This document shows positions 37,516 through 48,992 of a stretch of DNA of 64,000 nucleotides, one piece after another. Made by a program: the position numbers and the translations under genes. This stretch comes from Moniliella sp. 'wahieum' (lineage: Eukaryota). Numbering within the stretch: the first letter of the stretch is position 1; each line of letters begins with the position of its first letter. The notes beneath the pieces are model-generated. The model was given only the letters and a program-made list of their open reading frames with translations, was not told the DNA's origin and searched no databases. Location of the stretch: the NCBI GenBank assembly GCA_003971905.1, contig RSEE01000087.1, positions 1 to 64,000 of the forward strand, read 5' to 3'.

Positions 37516-40093
37516 ATGCCCCGTCCCCGCCCGCGTCCATCCGCGCCGGCATCGACCTCAGCATCGACCTCAGCATCCGCATCCGCATCCGCATCAACAT
37601 CCGCATCGGGAAAGCGCAGCGCATCGCCCTCTCGCCCGATCGGCCGCCACTCCCTGCCTCCGCTCGCACCCGCCGTCGCCAGGCGCCGCGACGGCCCGCC
37701 TGGCCTCGGGCTCGGGCTCGGCATTGGGCTCGGCGTCGGCGTCGGCCTGGGCGCTGCACCTTCGCTCCCGTCCCATCCGCATCACCCCCCCCCTCTGCCC
37801 CTCCCGCCGCCTGCCATTCGACGGCCAATGCCGCATGTGCGACGCGCGCCCGCCACGCCGCCACGCGTGGCACTGCGACACGTGCATCAACGACCGCATC
37901 GCGGACCATGTGGGCGACCGCGTTCGGATCGGCGCGATGGCCCGGCGGCTGCGCGCCCAAGTCGACTCGCTGCTCGGCGACCAGATCCTGCCCGTGCAGG
38001 GCCAGACCGAGCAGGACGCCGTGCTGGCCTTTCTTGCCGCCCCGCTTCCCCACCATCGGCAGCATCCGCCGCCGCCGCCTTCGCACCAAGCGCGTGCGCT
38101 CCGTGCGCAGACCGACCTGTCCCGCCTCCGCCTTGCCCAGCTCACGCGCCAGCGCGACCACTCCCACGCGGCCCGTGCCGCCCTCGAGGCCACGCTGGCT
38201 GCCAAGAAGGCGTCGCTAGCCCGCGGCGCGAGCGGCTGGCCCGCGCCCGTGCGCTCCACCTCCGCCCCGTCGCGTCTGGCTTGGCTGGCCAGGCCGAGCA
38301 CGCGGCCCAGGTCCTGGCTTCTCTCCGGACCCAGAGTCAAGCGTTAGCAGCAGCCATCCAAGCGCGACGCGCTCATCTTGTCCGCTCTGTCTTGCGCATC
38401 TACCGTTTGGAGCCTCCACGTGCCTCGCTTGCCCATGCACGCTCAGCCCGCCCTGCCCACCGCCTGCGCCCATCCGCTTCCTCTTCCTCTTCCGTTTCCG
38501 CCTCTGTGTCCCCCTCCGCGTCTGCCAGTGCAGCCAACAACGAATGGACCATTCTCGGCCTCGTCCTTCCGCCTCCTGCTATGCTGCCCCCTCACGGCCG
38601 AGCGTCGGGGATCGTTCCAGTCTTCTTGCGCTATTACCCTTGACCGAGATCAACGGTGCGGTGCAGTTCACGGCGCAGCTGCTGCGTTTGTTGGCCGTGT
38701 ACACGGGTGTAGCGTTACCGTTTGAGATCCACCTGCCCGGACTGGCCATCCGTCGCGCACGCGTCTTTCCGATTCGGGCGTGGGCGGGGAAGTGATGGGC
38801 AACTTGTTGTGGGGTGGGGGTGCCAGTGGGCTGCACCCGCCCGCGTGGTCCGAGTGTGGCGGGACAGCGGAGGGGAGCAACGCAAAACACGTCCGACCGC
38901 TAGGCCACTAGGCCCGTTACCGCTCACCTTGGCCAAGGATGCGTATGCCGAGCTGCACAGCCGTGTGGCGCCGGTGCCCGCCAGCGGCGCGGGGACAGGC
39001 TCGGGTCTCGGATCCAGCTCGGGCTCCACCCTGCTATCGGGTGCGGCGGGGATGGGGCTGGGAGCGCTCGGCGGGGCTCGATCGGGCGTGTCCAAGTTGA
39101 TGGAAAGCTTTGTTCACCTCGACACGGGACCCGAGCCGCCGCCGGCGACGGACGAAGGGCAAGCGTGGGCGTTTGCCTGTGCGCTCGCAGCGTTGGGGTA
39201 CAATACGGCGTACCTTGCTGAATCGCAGGGTGGGAGGGTGCTCTTGTCTGTGACAGCGAGCAGTGCGGGTTCGATGGGGCGGTTGTTCCAAGGGGTGGAG
39301 TTGGGACCGCCTGCGGACGCGGTGAGTGTTGCGGCGCGTATGCGGATGGGATGTTGCGTACGCTTGCGCATTTGGGTCAGGCGCCTTCGTTGGGAGCGCG
39401 TGCGCACGATACGGCTTACCCCCCTGCGCACCTGACTAGCTTTGCCTTCTACAATGTGGATATGGCAGCGTTGGTGCGCCTTGGCACGACCTCGTCACCC
39501 GGCCGCTCCACGCTCGCGCACGTCACCCTCTGTGCCTGCCGTGCCGGTGGCCGTGCCTGCGCCTGCCAAGCCGACGTCGACGAGTCTGTTGGACGAGGAG
39601 TACGAGACGGTGGATGCGACTATGCTCGAGGGCAGCTATGTGGATGCACGATTGCCCCCGCAGCGCAAGCACCGCCACAAGGACCGGGACAAGGACAAGG
39701 ACAAGGACAAGAGCAAAGACAAAGACAAAGACCGGGACCGAGGCAGCAAGGGATCAGAGAGGGCCGCCCCCCACAAACATCATCACAAAGCCACTTACAG
39801 GGACGCTGGTTCCGATCCCGACAAAGGCAAGGAACGGCCGAAAGAGAGGGACCGGGAACGAGAACGAGAGCGAGAGCGAGAACGAGACGGTGGGGGCGAT
39901 GTGGACCGCAGTACCCCGGGCCGACTTACCTTCGCTCCGAGCCAAAGGGCGGCAAATGCGGCCGAATGTGCAGCTGGATGTGGATGTAGCGGCGTTGTTG
40001 GGCAAAACAAAGGTGCCCAAGCCGGCTACTTCCCCAGCACCACCGGTCATGTTGAATGGCCAGGTCATCTCGGCCCAGCCGCCCGGCTCGTAG
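37516..40093 (+). CDS. ATG14/VPS38 (UVRAG-like) PI3K complex subunit (frameshifted)
   Basis: N-terminal CxxC...CxxC (CRMC..HCDTC), coiled coil, then LVRSVLRIY, WTILGLVLP, INGAVQFTAQLLRLLAVYTGVALPFEI, FACALAALGYNTAYLAESQG; low-complexity tail. Confidence 0.75.
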
Positions 40094-40541
40094 CCCCGGG
40101 GGGGGAAAACTATGATAACTATACCTACGATTCGATTGGGTGCCGGGCAACCCAGGAAACCTACCGCGATCACGACCGTTATGTATTCAATGCATGTATG
40201 TTGCCCAAAAACGACCCTGCCCCTCCCCGCCCGCTAAGTCTGTCCATCTCGTTCGAGGGGCGTGGAATCAACCGCCAACCGAGCGCAACAGCAGCCAGGC
40301 CAAAAGTCTAAACAGGAGACACGGCCAACAAGAAAAGAGCACTGTTCTTAGTGCACCCAAGGCGAATCCATCTTGGCTTGTGAGGAAACAACCCAAGGGC
40401 TCGACGACTGCGTCGGCTAATCCATCAAATTTTGGTGTTTGGGTCGAGAGCGTGGGGACCAAGAGAAAGAGAGTGAGTGAGGGGTGGTGGTACAGGAGAG
40501 GGGGAGAAGGCAAGCAAGGTAGGGTAGGGTAAGAAGGTGGG

Positions 40542-41905
40542 CTATAAGACTGAGCTGGGAGACGCACCGACCGCCTCGGCGGACGGCAACCAAAAGCAAA
40601 CTTGCTCTCCTGCTGTGACCAACAGGGCTCTCCGCGGGTTGAAAGCCACGAGGCGCGGGGTGACGCGGGGTCCAGGCAGCAGTTCCAAGCAGGGCACAGT
40701 TTGGGTGGCAGGTGAGGTGCCGTCTTTGAGTGGGTCAGGGATTTCCCACACACACACTTGGCCACTACCATCGGGGGAGCCGGTCAAGACGAATCGGCTG
40801 TCTGGGGACCAGCACAGGTCTTGGGCCGGTACGTTGGTAGGAGGCAGAAGCTTGGTCCCGTGTGGTGCGCTGGCGGAGGAAGTGGAAACCTGTTGTGCAG
40901 GAGGTGGCAACAAGACAAAGAGTAAGCGCGACTCGGTGTCGAACCCATCGTAAATCGAATGCGGTTCGCCTTCGGTACCAATGAGGATATGCTCGCCATT
41001 GTTGGAGAAGGCCAAGGAGGTGACGCGGGGCTTGCTCGTGCGCAACCGAAGCGTCAAGAATGGCTACAGCAGCAACAGGGCAGGCGGTGGAGACACAGAG
41101 TTAGCAAAAGGAAACCCGGACGCGGACACGCACACGCGGCGAGGGGGAGGGGGGGAGAAGAGAGGAGACGTACTTGGCCGAGATTGTTGGGATCGTACAA
41201 GGCCACTGTGCCAGTGACGCTACATGCCACGCCGATCACCAGCCCGCTCGGGTCCCAGGCAATTACAGGTGTGCCTTTGACTGGCAGATTGCCCTGGTGC
41301 GAGGCGAACAAAAACGAGAGGCGTGGGTGAGTACAAAGGAACGGGAGGGGGGGGGGTCAGAACGCGAGAAGAACGTACAGTGCACTTTTTTTCCACCAAG
41401 TCCCAGATCTTGACGCTGTTCTCGTCGCCCGACGCGAACTGGTCCTTGCACGGGGACATTTCCAATGCGGTAATGCTATGAAAAGAGTTAGAAAGGGTGA
41501 GAGATGCGGGTGGGAGGCGGGCAGGGACACATACCGTCCCTGGTGGCCTTCAAAGGAGTGGATGAGCTGGTTGGTAGCGAGATCAAAGTAGCCCACGCGG
41601 CTCTGTCCCGGGGAGGAGAAGAGGAGTTTGTTCTTTCCATGAGTGAAACGGATGGTCTCTGCGCCGCCGAGGGAGGCCAAGTCGACTGTTCCAAGGTGGG
41701 TGCCCAGCAGACAGTCGTACATGTGCACGGCGCCATCCTCGGTGGCCACCGCCAGGCGCTCGCCCAAGTCGGAGAAGGAGAGGGAACGGGCCGGGGTGGG
41801 CAGGGCAAAGACGCGGGACGGGCCGAGCGTGTGGACGACCTCCCTGGTCATGCGGGAGGGCTGGGTGGCGCGCTCGCTGCTCTCGGCGGCCTGCGTGCTG
41901 GACAT
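40542..41905 (-). CDS. SWD2: WD40 protein of the Swd2/WDR82 (COMPASS/CPF) family, with introns
   Basis: SLSFSDLGERL..MYDC..G; IRFTH; YFDLATNQLIHSFEGH; MSP.KDQFASG..SVKIWDL; IAWDPSGLV; FSNNGEHILIGT; WSPDSRFVLTGS.DG; FNPRRALLVTA..FWLP. Confidence 0.85.
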
Positions 41906-43987
41906 GGCGGCGAGGACGCCAAGAGAACAGGGGGTTGGTTGGGCTGCGAACAGACGACGAGGAACGCAGGGGTTACCCAAGGCAACCTTAAACTTTCAAA
42001 CTGCACATCCACTCCAAACTGCCCTTCTCTGATTTAAAACGCTGATCTCTGCCATCGAGATCCCATCGAGATATCCCGCCGGGGTATATCGCCACGACGC
42101 AGTCTCCCTACACCAATCGACTGGCCGCAGTCCATACGGGCAGAAGCCCCCGCCACTGTTTATATATCCCCCGTCGGATGACAAGTTACACCTCGATCCG
42201 CTTCCAGCGTTTTCACGACACGGAGAGTGTGTCTTTGTCTAGGAACACAGCGGATCAACGAAATAGATTTAAAATATCAGCGGATGTCCAGGGGCTGACA
42301 TCGGCGACGTATTTGCATGGTTTTGAGGGAAATGATGTCAGCGACGGCGCAAAAGAGGTCGTCGATGTCAGCGACGGCGCAAAAAGGTCGTTGGTGTCAA
42401 TGATGTGCAGCGCGGGGGGCCAACTGCCGGCTACATGTGAAACTTTGCGTCGTTTCAAAATCCCACCACACCATTTCGTGTCTTCTGCTAGGAAATGCTA
42501 CCAGAACCACCTGTCAACACGCGTGCTTCCTATACGCGCTCATGATAGCTGGCCGAGGGCAGGGAATCAATTTGGCATAGTCGCCGCACGGAAGGGTGTG
42601 CTCTACGGGGACATGCGTCTTCAGATTAGCCAGGGGAACATCGGCAGTTGGTGTGGCCAAGATTTACCGTCAGGTAAATGGAACCTCTCATTTCATATAT
42701 GGACCAAAAGGCAGGCCATGCGGGACAGCATTGTGCCCACTGATGAGGGTTTGGCTCATCAGGCGTCCATCCTGCGGCTAGTTCTGCTTGAGTACAGGGC
42801 ACGCAGGGACGACTGGTGCAGCCCCGCTGAAGATAGACTTTTGTTGGTCCTTCACATTGCTTTAACCCCGCAAACGAAAGCCATGAAAAGTCGTTGGGTT
42901 CTCCGAGCAAACCGACGAGATCATCGAGAGTCGTTCGTCCTGATAAATCCATAGTCGGACAGGCGCGTTTGAGAGATGGGTCTGAAACCGAAATCGGTCA
43001 AGCGAGACTGTCTCCCAGAGGTTAAGCTGTCGTATACGCAGACTTAACACTTCTTCACCATCTCTTCTTCTTGTTCCATCAGGTTGTGTGCTCGTGAGCC
43101 AACCGTATGACCCATTCCTCGTTGGTTCCGACAACAGTAAGGTGTTGGATGAGCCCGGAGCTTGGGCCCCACTGGTCCGTAGTATATATACGTCCTTCAT
43201 CGCAGTGTTCGACTCGGCCGGATATTCATTGGACCAGATCAATTGTCGGTGGTCGCAGAATGACCCCGTCGAACGGACCAGAGCGAACCACACCAGTTCG
43301 ACGATGAACACGGGTAACGACAGGTTTTACATTTGCGGACCGGCTTGCACTTCAACTGTTCCTTCACGCAAAAGTCCACCTTTTGCTTAATGAACGCTGT
43401 GTTGCGTGTGCGACCTGTCCCAATGCTCCGGAAGATGTCATTGGAAGTCTCTGCTCATCAGCTGGCCGTGTGGCAAATAAAGGCGATGTGCAGAGCCACG
43501 TCGCGTCGCGTCAGAGGCCCAGGGAAGTACCGATGCCCCCAGTAGCTCCCGCGGTAAAGGCTAGAGATAAAGGTGACCGTGCCAACATACGCGCTTGTAT
43601 AGTTAGATCACAGTCGTCCGCTTGGCAACACATCGCGAGCCGGATGGTGAAGTGGGATTCGCGTTAATCCATCCACCCCATCTTGCGAGTGGAGGTCATC
43701 TGAGTTTCACGCATAGTCAATGTGGGAACGGTGAAAAGATATTATGTTCCCTCTCCAGCGTGGAATGGTTCCAGCGTGGAACGGTGGCTAAGGTGGCGAC
43801 GCAGCGATAATTAATCTCAATCAGTGACAGGACCAGTTCGGCGAGCTCTCGCCGCATATACTTTTTGGTAACCACAACTGGATGATGTTGATGACGGCAA
43901 TGAACGGGTTCGTAAAGGGCGCGAACATATTGCTAGCAATCGGGCCGTGGCGACTTATTATTGTTTCTGCAGATCTTTAATTACCAT

Positions 43988-45719
43988 ATGGCAGGACCCA
44001 TCAAAAAGTGTGCAACCCTACTGCTCCCCGACCTGCACGTGACGGGGCTGGCTGCGCCAAGTATCGGGCATATGACAGAGTCGCGTCGACGCGTCCCTCC
44101 ACCCACTTAAAATGCCCCCTACCCTGTACTCACCGCCGGTGTCCCCATTGCGGCACCAACGACCATACTGCTTCAAGGTGCCCCTCAATCCACGCCACGC
44201 CCACGGTTGTGCCCCCACTGCTGTCGACCTGGCCACAAGGCTGCCGCGGAGCGGTGGAGCAAGGAGATGTGGAAAGCAATTGGGGTCTTTGCTTTGCGAC
44301 AAAAATAAGGTGGGGGGAGAAGGACAAGAAGAGGGGGGGGAGGACAAGAAGAGGGGGGGAGGACAAGAAGAGGGGGGGGAGGACAAGAAGAGGGGGGGGA
44401 GGACAAGAAGAGGGGGGGGAGGACAAGAAGAGAGGGGGGAGGGGACAAAGGGATTGGTGGAAGGATGGAGTAAGGATGATCGATGGTCCAGGGGTGGCGG
44501 GCTCGATCCATGTAACGTGAATTACGACGACCCTGTCGCAGGGGGCCCTGCCAGGGGGCTCACTCAGGTTGGTGGGGTACAGTCCCTTACGTGAAAGACG
44601 GCTCACGGTAGTTTCGAGCTTGGGCTATCCGAGCGAGGAGGAGAAGCCTTTGGGCGTGAAGCCGAGGCGGCTGCACGCGTGGCAAAAGGCTGCGTATACG
44701 CCGGCTGGAGGGTAGTAACGTGTCTGAAGCCTCCGGGGCTGAGAGACGGGTAGATGCAGTGGAGCGGACAGACACTGCCAGGGCTGAGAGGCATGATGGC
44801 AGTGGTTGTCAAAGGAACCCACGCGACATGCTGTGGTATGGAGAACCGACGCGGCTGATGGACGGCTCGCGCGACTGGGCAGATGGAAAGCTGGAGGATG
44901 AGGTTGGATGATGAAGATGATGCAGCTAAGTGGAGACGAGAGGTTGCCTGTATTACTGAATCAATTGGCTGGAAACGTTCAGGAGTTGGGCAGGAAAGGC
45001 GGGAAGGGACGAGAAGGGAAGGTGGGATAAAGGATCTCTACCAATCGAGGATGCTGACTGTTGGTTGGCCCCTTTTTGGTAACCCACTGCACTGGGATAG
45101 ATGTTGACAGAGCGAAACAGACGAACCTGCTATAGAGTGCGACTTGGGAGCACTCGCGATCCTATGGATCAGCTGCAATGCAGCCTTCAGACAAGGCGTG
45201 AAGGCAAAGTTCAAGCAACATCTGAATTGAAGGGAAGGAGACAGGAGAGAGAGAAGGGAGATGAAGCGAGCAGGGCGCGCGCGCCCTGCGAGCGGAACTC
45301 TTCCGCCCGGTTAAGTGAGCGTCACCGATTTACCGAGGGCCGTGCAAGGGAACCCCAGCACTACCCTCCAACAGAAGCAAGCGAAGACTGCGAAGGCACT
45401 AAGAATGTCATCCGATAGCACTTCCTCGTATGTTCGGCTGCTTGAACAAGCAGAATGCGACAAGAACGCCAAGTACCAGGGACGCACTCAAGAACCGTTT
45501 TTCCCCCTGGTTTTGACGACGCGAGGATACTACGGCACCAAGACGGCGGGCAAGTTGTTTGCGCATTGGAAGGAGTTGGCTACTAAGTCTCAGTGGAAAT
45601 GGTTCCTCGCTCGTATGTCAACCACGTTCCTCCGTGTCCACACGCGCTTCCTAGGGTACGGGACCGGATGGCGTGAGCCGGAGGGTCCTGATATCCTGGC
45701 GATCCCCCTGGTCCCTTAA
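43988..45719 (+). mobile_element. Decayed, internally deleted non-LTR retrotransposon with a restriction-like endonuclease (CRE/Cnl1/MoTeR-like)
   Basis: N-terminal Zn knuckle CPHCGTNDHTASRC; RREGGIKDL (GGLG-like, post-RT); RH..EP; RLE tail LEQAECDKNAKY..FFPLVLTTRG..GTKT..W..MSTTFLRVH. The RT core is not clearly recognisable. Confidence 0.65.
44321..44440. repeat. 19-20-bp nearly all-purine tandem repeat (AGGACAAGAAGAGGGGGGG) x6
   Basis: Read directly; lies within the retroelement remnant. Confidence 0.95.
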
Positions 45720-48700
45720 TCTTGGTGGCGCTTCCAAGTAACCCCCGCAAGATGAACGGTTCGGTTTAGACGTAGCGTTCCCCTGTCCCAGCCTTAAGCT
45801 CTGTCAATGGAATGCACACAACATAGAGATTGGGGCGTTTTTTCTGGCGCCAGCACAAGATTATGTGGTAAGCGTGCCACCCGGCACGTTCCAGGCCGAC
45901 GCAGCCAGGCGGATGCACATGGGTGATAAATTCCTCCAGCGTGGAACGGTGGCTACGGTGGCGACGGGGTTGGAACGGTAGATCGGTGGACCGTTAAAAC
46001 GGTGGCTAAGGTGGCGACGGGGGAACGGTGGCTAAGGTGGCGAGCAAGCACAAAGCACCAAGCTGGGGCGAAGACCGGGCCGTAGGCCCGGTGGTCTTCT
46101 AGTGTAATACAAATTGTAACCCAGGGAGAGCGAGCATAGGAGGATCAGATTCGTCAGATACGTCGCCCATGGACACGTCAATGACGTAACAAACCTGCTG
46201 ACAGTGACAGGTTTGCACGTCCCCACAGCCAAAACACTCTTTTGACGTTTTTGAAGGTATTTTATATCTTGAAACATCTGTGACGTATTTTGCTGATCCG
46301 AAGGCAAACCAGTAGGGCAATCCAGCCCGGCTAAACAGGTACTGTACTACAGGCGAATGAATTTGGCAGTCTGCCACAGAGGAACAGAACGATGATGTAG
46401 TAGCGGACGAGTGACGCGCGCATGATGCATCCGTGGGCTTAGCTACGTTCATGGATGTCCCCTAACAACAGCCCATTCGCACCTCATCTGCTCTTTCTCC
46501 AAGCGTCCCTCGTCCTCCCCTCACGCCGTTGATATCAATCGCCATGCGCTTTTACGGCAGGGAACGGTTGAAAACGGACCACATCAGTGCAGACCTACGG
46601 GGTAGAAAAGAGGATGTGAGTCAGACCTATCCAACGAGATGGGGGCCTAACGCATAACTCCCCCTCACTCAAGTCACCGCAGTGGAGCGCCGGACACCCA
46701 TCCCATGTGTGGTATGGTCGCAACATCCGCTTGGGGGGGAGCTTCCTCGTATGGATTCTTGTGATGTCTATATTAATCAAGAAGGTGGGTGTATTAGCAG
46801 TTGACGGATGTGGGAAGCTTCATTAGCTTCATTTGGAGAAACGGAGCAGGACAGAGTGAATGGCATGAAATATATAGTATTGACAGCAGACAGACCCCGT
46901 CTACCCTGTACTACACAAACCAGGTTGAGAGAGAGAAGGGATCATTCCCCACTTTCCTCTCTCCGAGCAGATGTAGCAAGCAGCAGAGAGGGCAAGGGTT
47001 TGGAGCTCCTTAGCGGTCCTAACCCACGCGACAGGTTGGATCGTTCATTCTTGGCTGAGGCCGCACCTCCCCCCCCCCATCCCCCCATCTGTGAATTGTT
47101 GGAAGGCTGTTAAGTACGGTAAACTGTGAACATTGACCATTGGCACGCCTGAATAGGGCAATATCATATGCTACGGAGAAAGAATGTCACTGCCACTGCG
47201 ACGGAGAGAGATGTACTAGATGCTGGTGTCATACGCGGGAGAGAGGATCGATATGCTCTTCTTGTACATTCTGAACTCCCACTTTCACGGGGGGTGTTCA
47301 GTCCATCGACCATACAAAAGGCCTCTAGCGTAAAGACCAGAGGCCAACTCGATCACCCCTGCCTATTCGCACTCGATCTGACGTCACGGGGTGATGTGCA
47401 CATGTGAGAGAGGTGGATGACATGTGACAGTGGTGAGCCGCGGGGGGTGATGTTCAGGGCGGACAATGCGGGAGGGCCGCTGGGGAGAGGCGAGAGCACG
47501 GCGCAAAAAAGGACGGCCGCCGCAGCTTCTGTGGTTGCTGGTCGGCGCCATCAACGTGCATCAACATCAGCCAAAAGCACGCCGCAGACAGCGGGGGAGT
47601 CACGTGTCCATGCCATGTGTGATGTGGGACATGTGACAGGGTTAGACCATCGAAGCGCGGCGTCACGCGTCACATGTCACACGTCATGCGTGGCTCATGT
47701 ATTTATCCGTCGATGCCACGTGGCAGTCGGCTGTCCGATCGCCAGCGCACTGATCGATGTGTCGTCCCCATCGTCTGCTGTGACGTGGTTCGATGGGAGT
47801 AGCAGTAGCTCCTCGCGTGTCTGGGTTGGTCCGCGCCTTCCTCATCAGGCTGATGCCTCAGGAAGCGAGCCCCCCCTGCGACCGTGACGGCTGGCATATC
47901 CTATCTGGCGCCAGCGATCGAGGCTTTGCGGCGCCGCGATCTGACGATCCTCGAGCCATTGGTTCTCGTAACCTCTCAGAGATCTGGCCGCTGCGCCCTC
48001 TCCCCTCCTGCCCCCCTTGCCTTCGCCCGCTCATCAGCACCTCCGTCATCAGCTCCTCTCCGCGCCTCATCAGCACCTCTCAGCAGCGCCTCAGCGCACA
48101 GCCCCCCCCCTCATCGCTTGCGCTTGATGCTTGCGTATTCTTACTAGAGTAGCCGGGCACAACTGCTGCTCGCATACGAGATCGACCGCATGTCTGCCAG
48201 CTGTAGTTGGTTATAAACCGTCGCCTGTCTCTGCCAGTCCGTCTCTCCTTTCGCCTCCCTCTCTCTCGCCACACGCCACCAGCACCAGCCTCCATAGCAC
48301 ATCAGCTGCGACCGAGCTGAGCTTGCGGCCTGAGGTTTTGTCAGCCAGCGCCGTCTACTTTTGGATCGTTGACCGGTGAACAGCGTTGATACGTTGATAG
48401 CCCGTCCCCTCAGCTCCAAGTGACGCCACCCACGTACCTCGACACGGACGATCGATTGCCCAACACGCCGAAGAGTGTGCCTGCTTGCCGGTCTGCTCTG
48501 CTGCATCCGTCTCACTCCCGCCCACAACAGCGCTGCAGCGCCAACGACCAGGTCAGCATTTTCCAGACTCAACGTTCAACGTGTCTGCCTCTCTGCCCGT
48601 CTGTCTGGCGTCCCCAGCATCTCAGCTGCACCACAGTTTTGCTCCCACATCGCTCCTGCTGAGGCAACGCACTGCACTGCAGCTTTCTGCCAACTCTTGT

Positions 48701-48992
48701 ATCCTCAGCACCCCGCGCTGGATCTTCGCCAATAAACATTGCAGTGTTTTGGGCGTTACATTACGGTACACATTCCGTGCTTCGAATCCGATAAAGCACC
48801 GTTCTGCCCCTCCCACCCCCACCCAGGCCTTATCCATCACGACCCCCCTCTATCTGTACGTCTCCTCTGTTCCAAGCTATATAGCGTCAGATGGACCACC
48901 ATCCCTCCCGTACATCCACTGGCCAGACCACTGACTGTGACCTTCGTCTTCCGCGTCGTCTTACTACTCCCCGCACAACAGAGACAGTCATC

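Larger units (their letters stand above)
43770..46043 (+). repeat. 32-bp direct repeats flanking the RLE retroelement, plus extra partial copies
   Basis: TCCAGCGTGGAACGGTGGCTA(A/C)GGTGGCGACG at 43770-43801 and 45935-45966 (1 mismatch). AACGGTGGCTAAGGTGGCGA recurs at ~45999 and ~46024. Confidence 0.9.

Noticed and set aside
42178..43311. 258-aa (+) and 149-aa (-) ORFs between SWD2 and the retroelement
   Set aside because: No recognisable motifs and composition is atypical of the host genes, so a gene call cannot be supported.
43778..43801. tRNA/SINE head (A-box-like TGGCTAAGGTGG)
   Set aside because: No B-box or cloverleaf follows.
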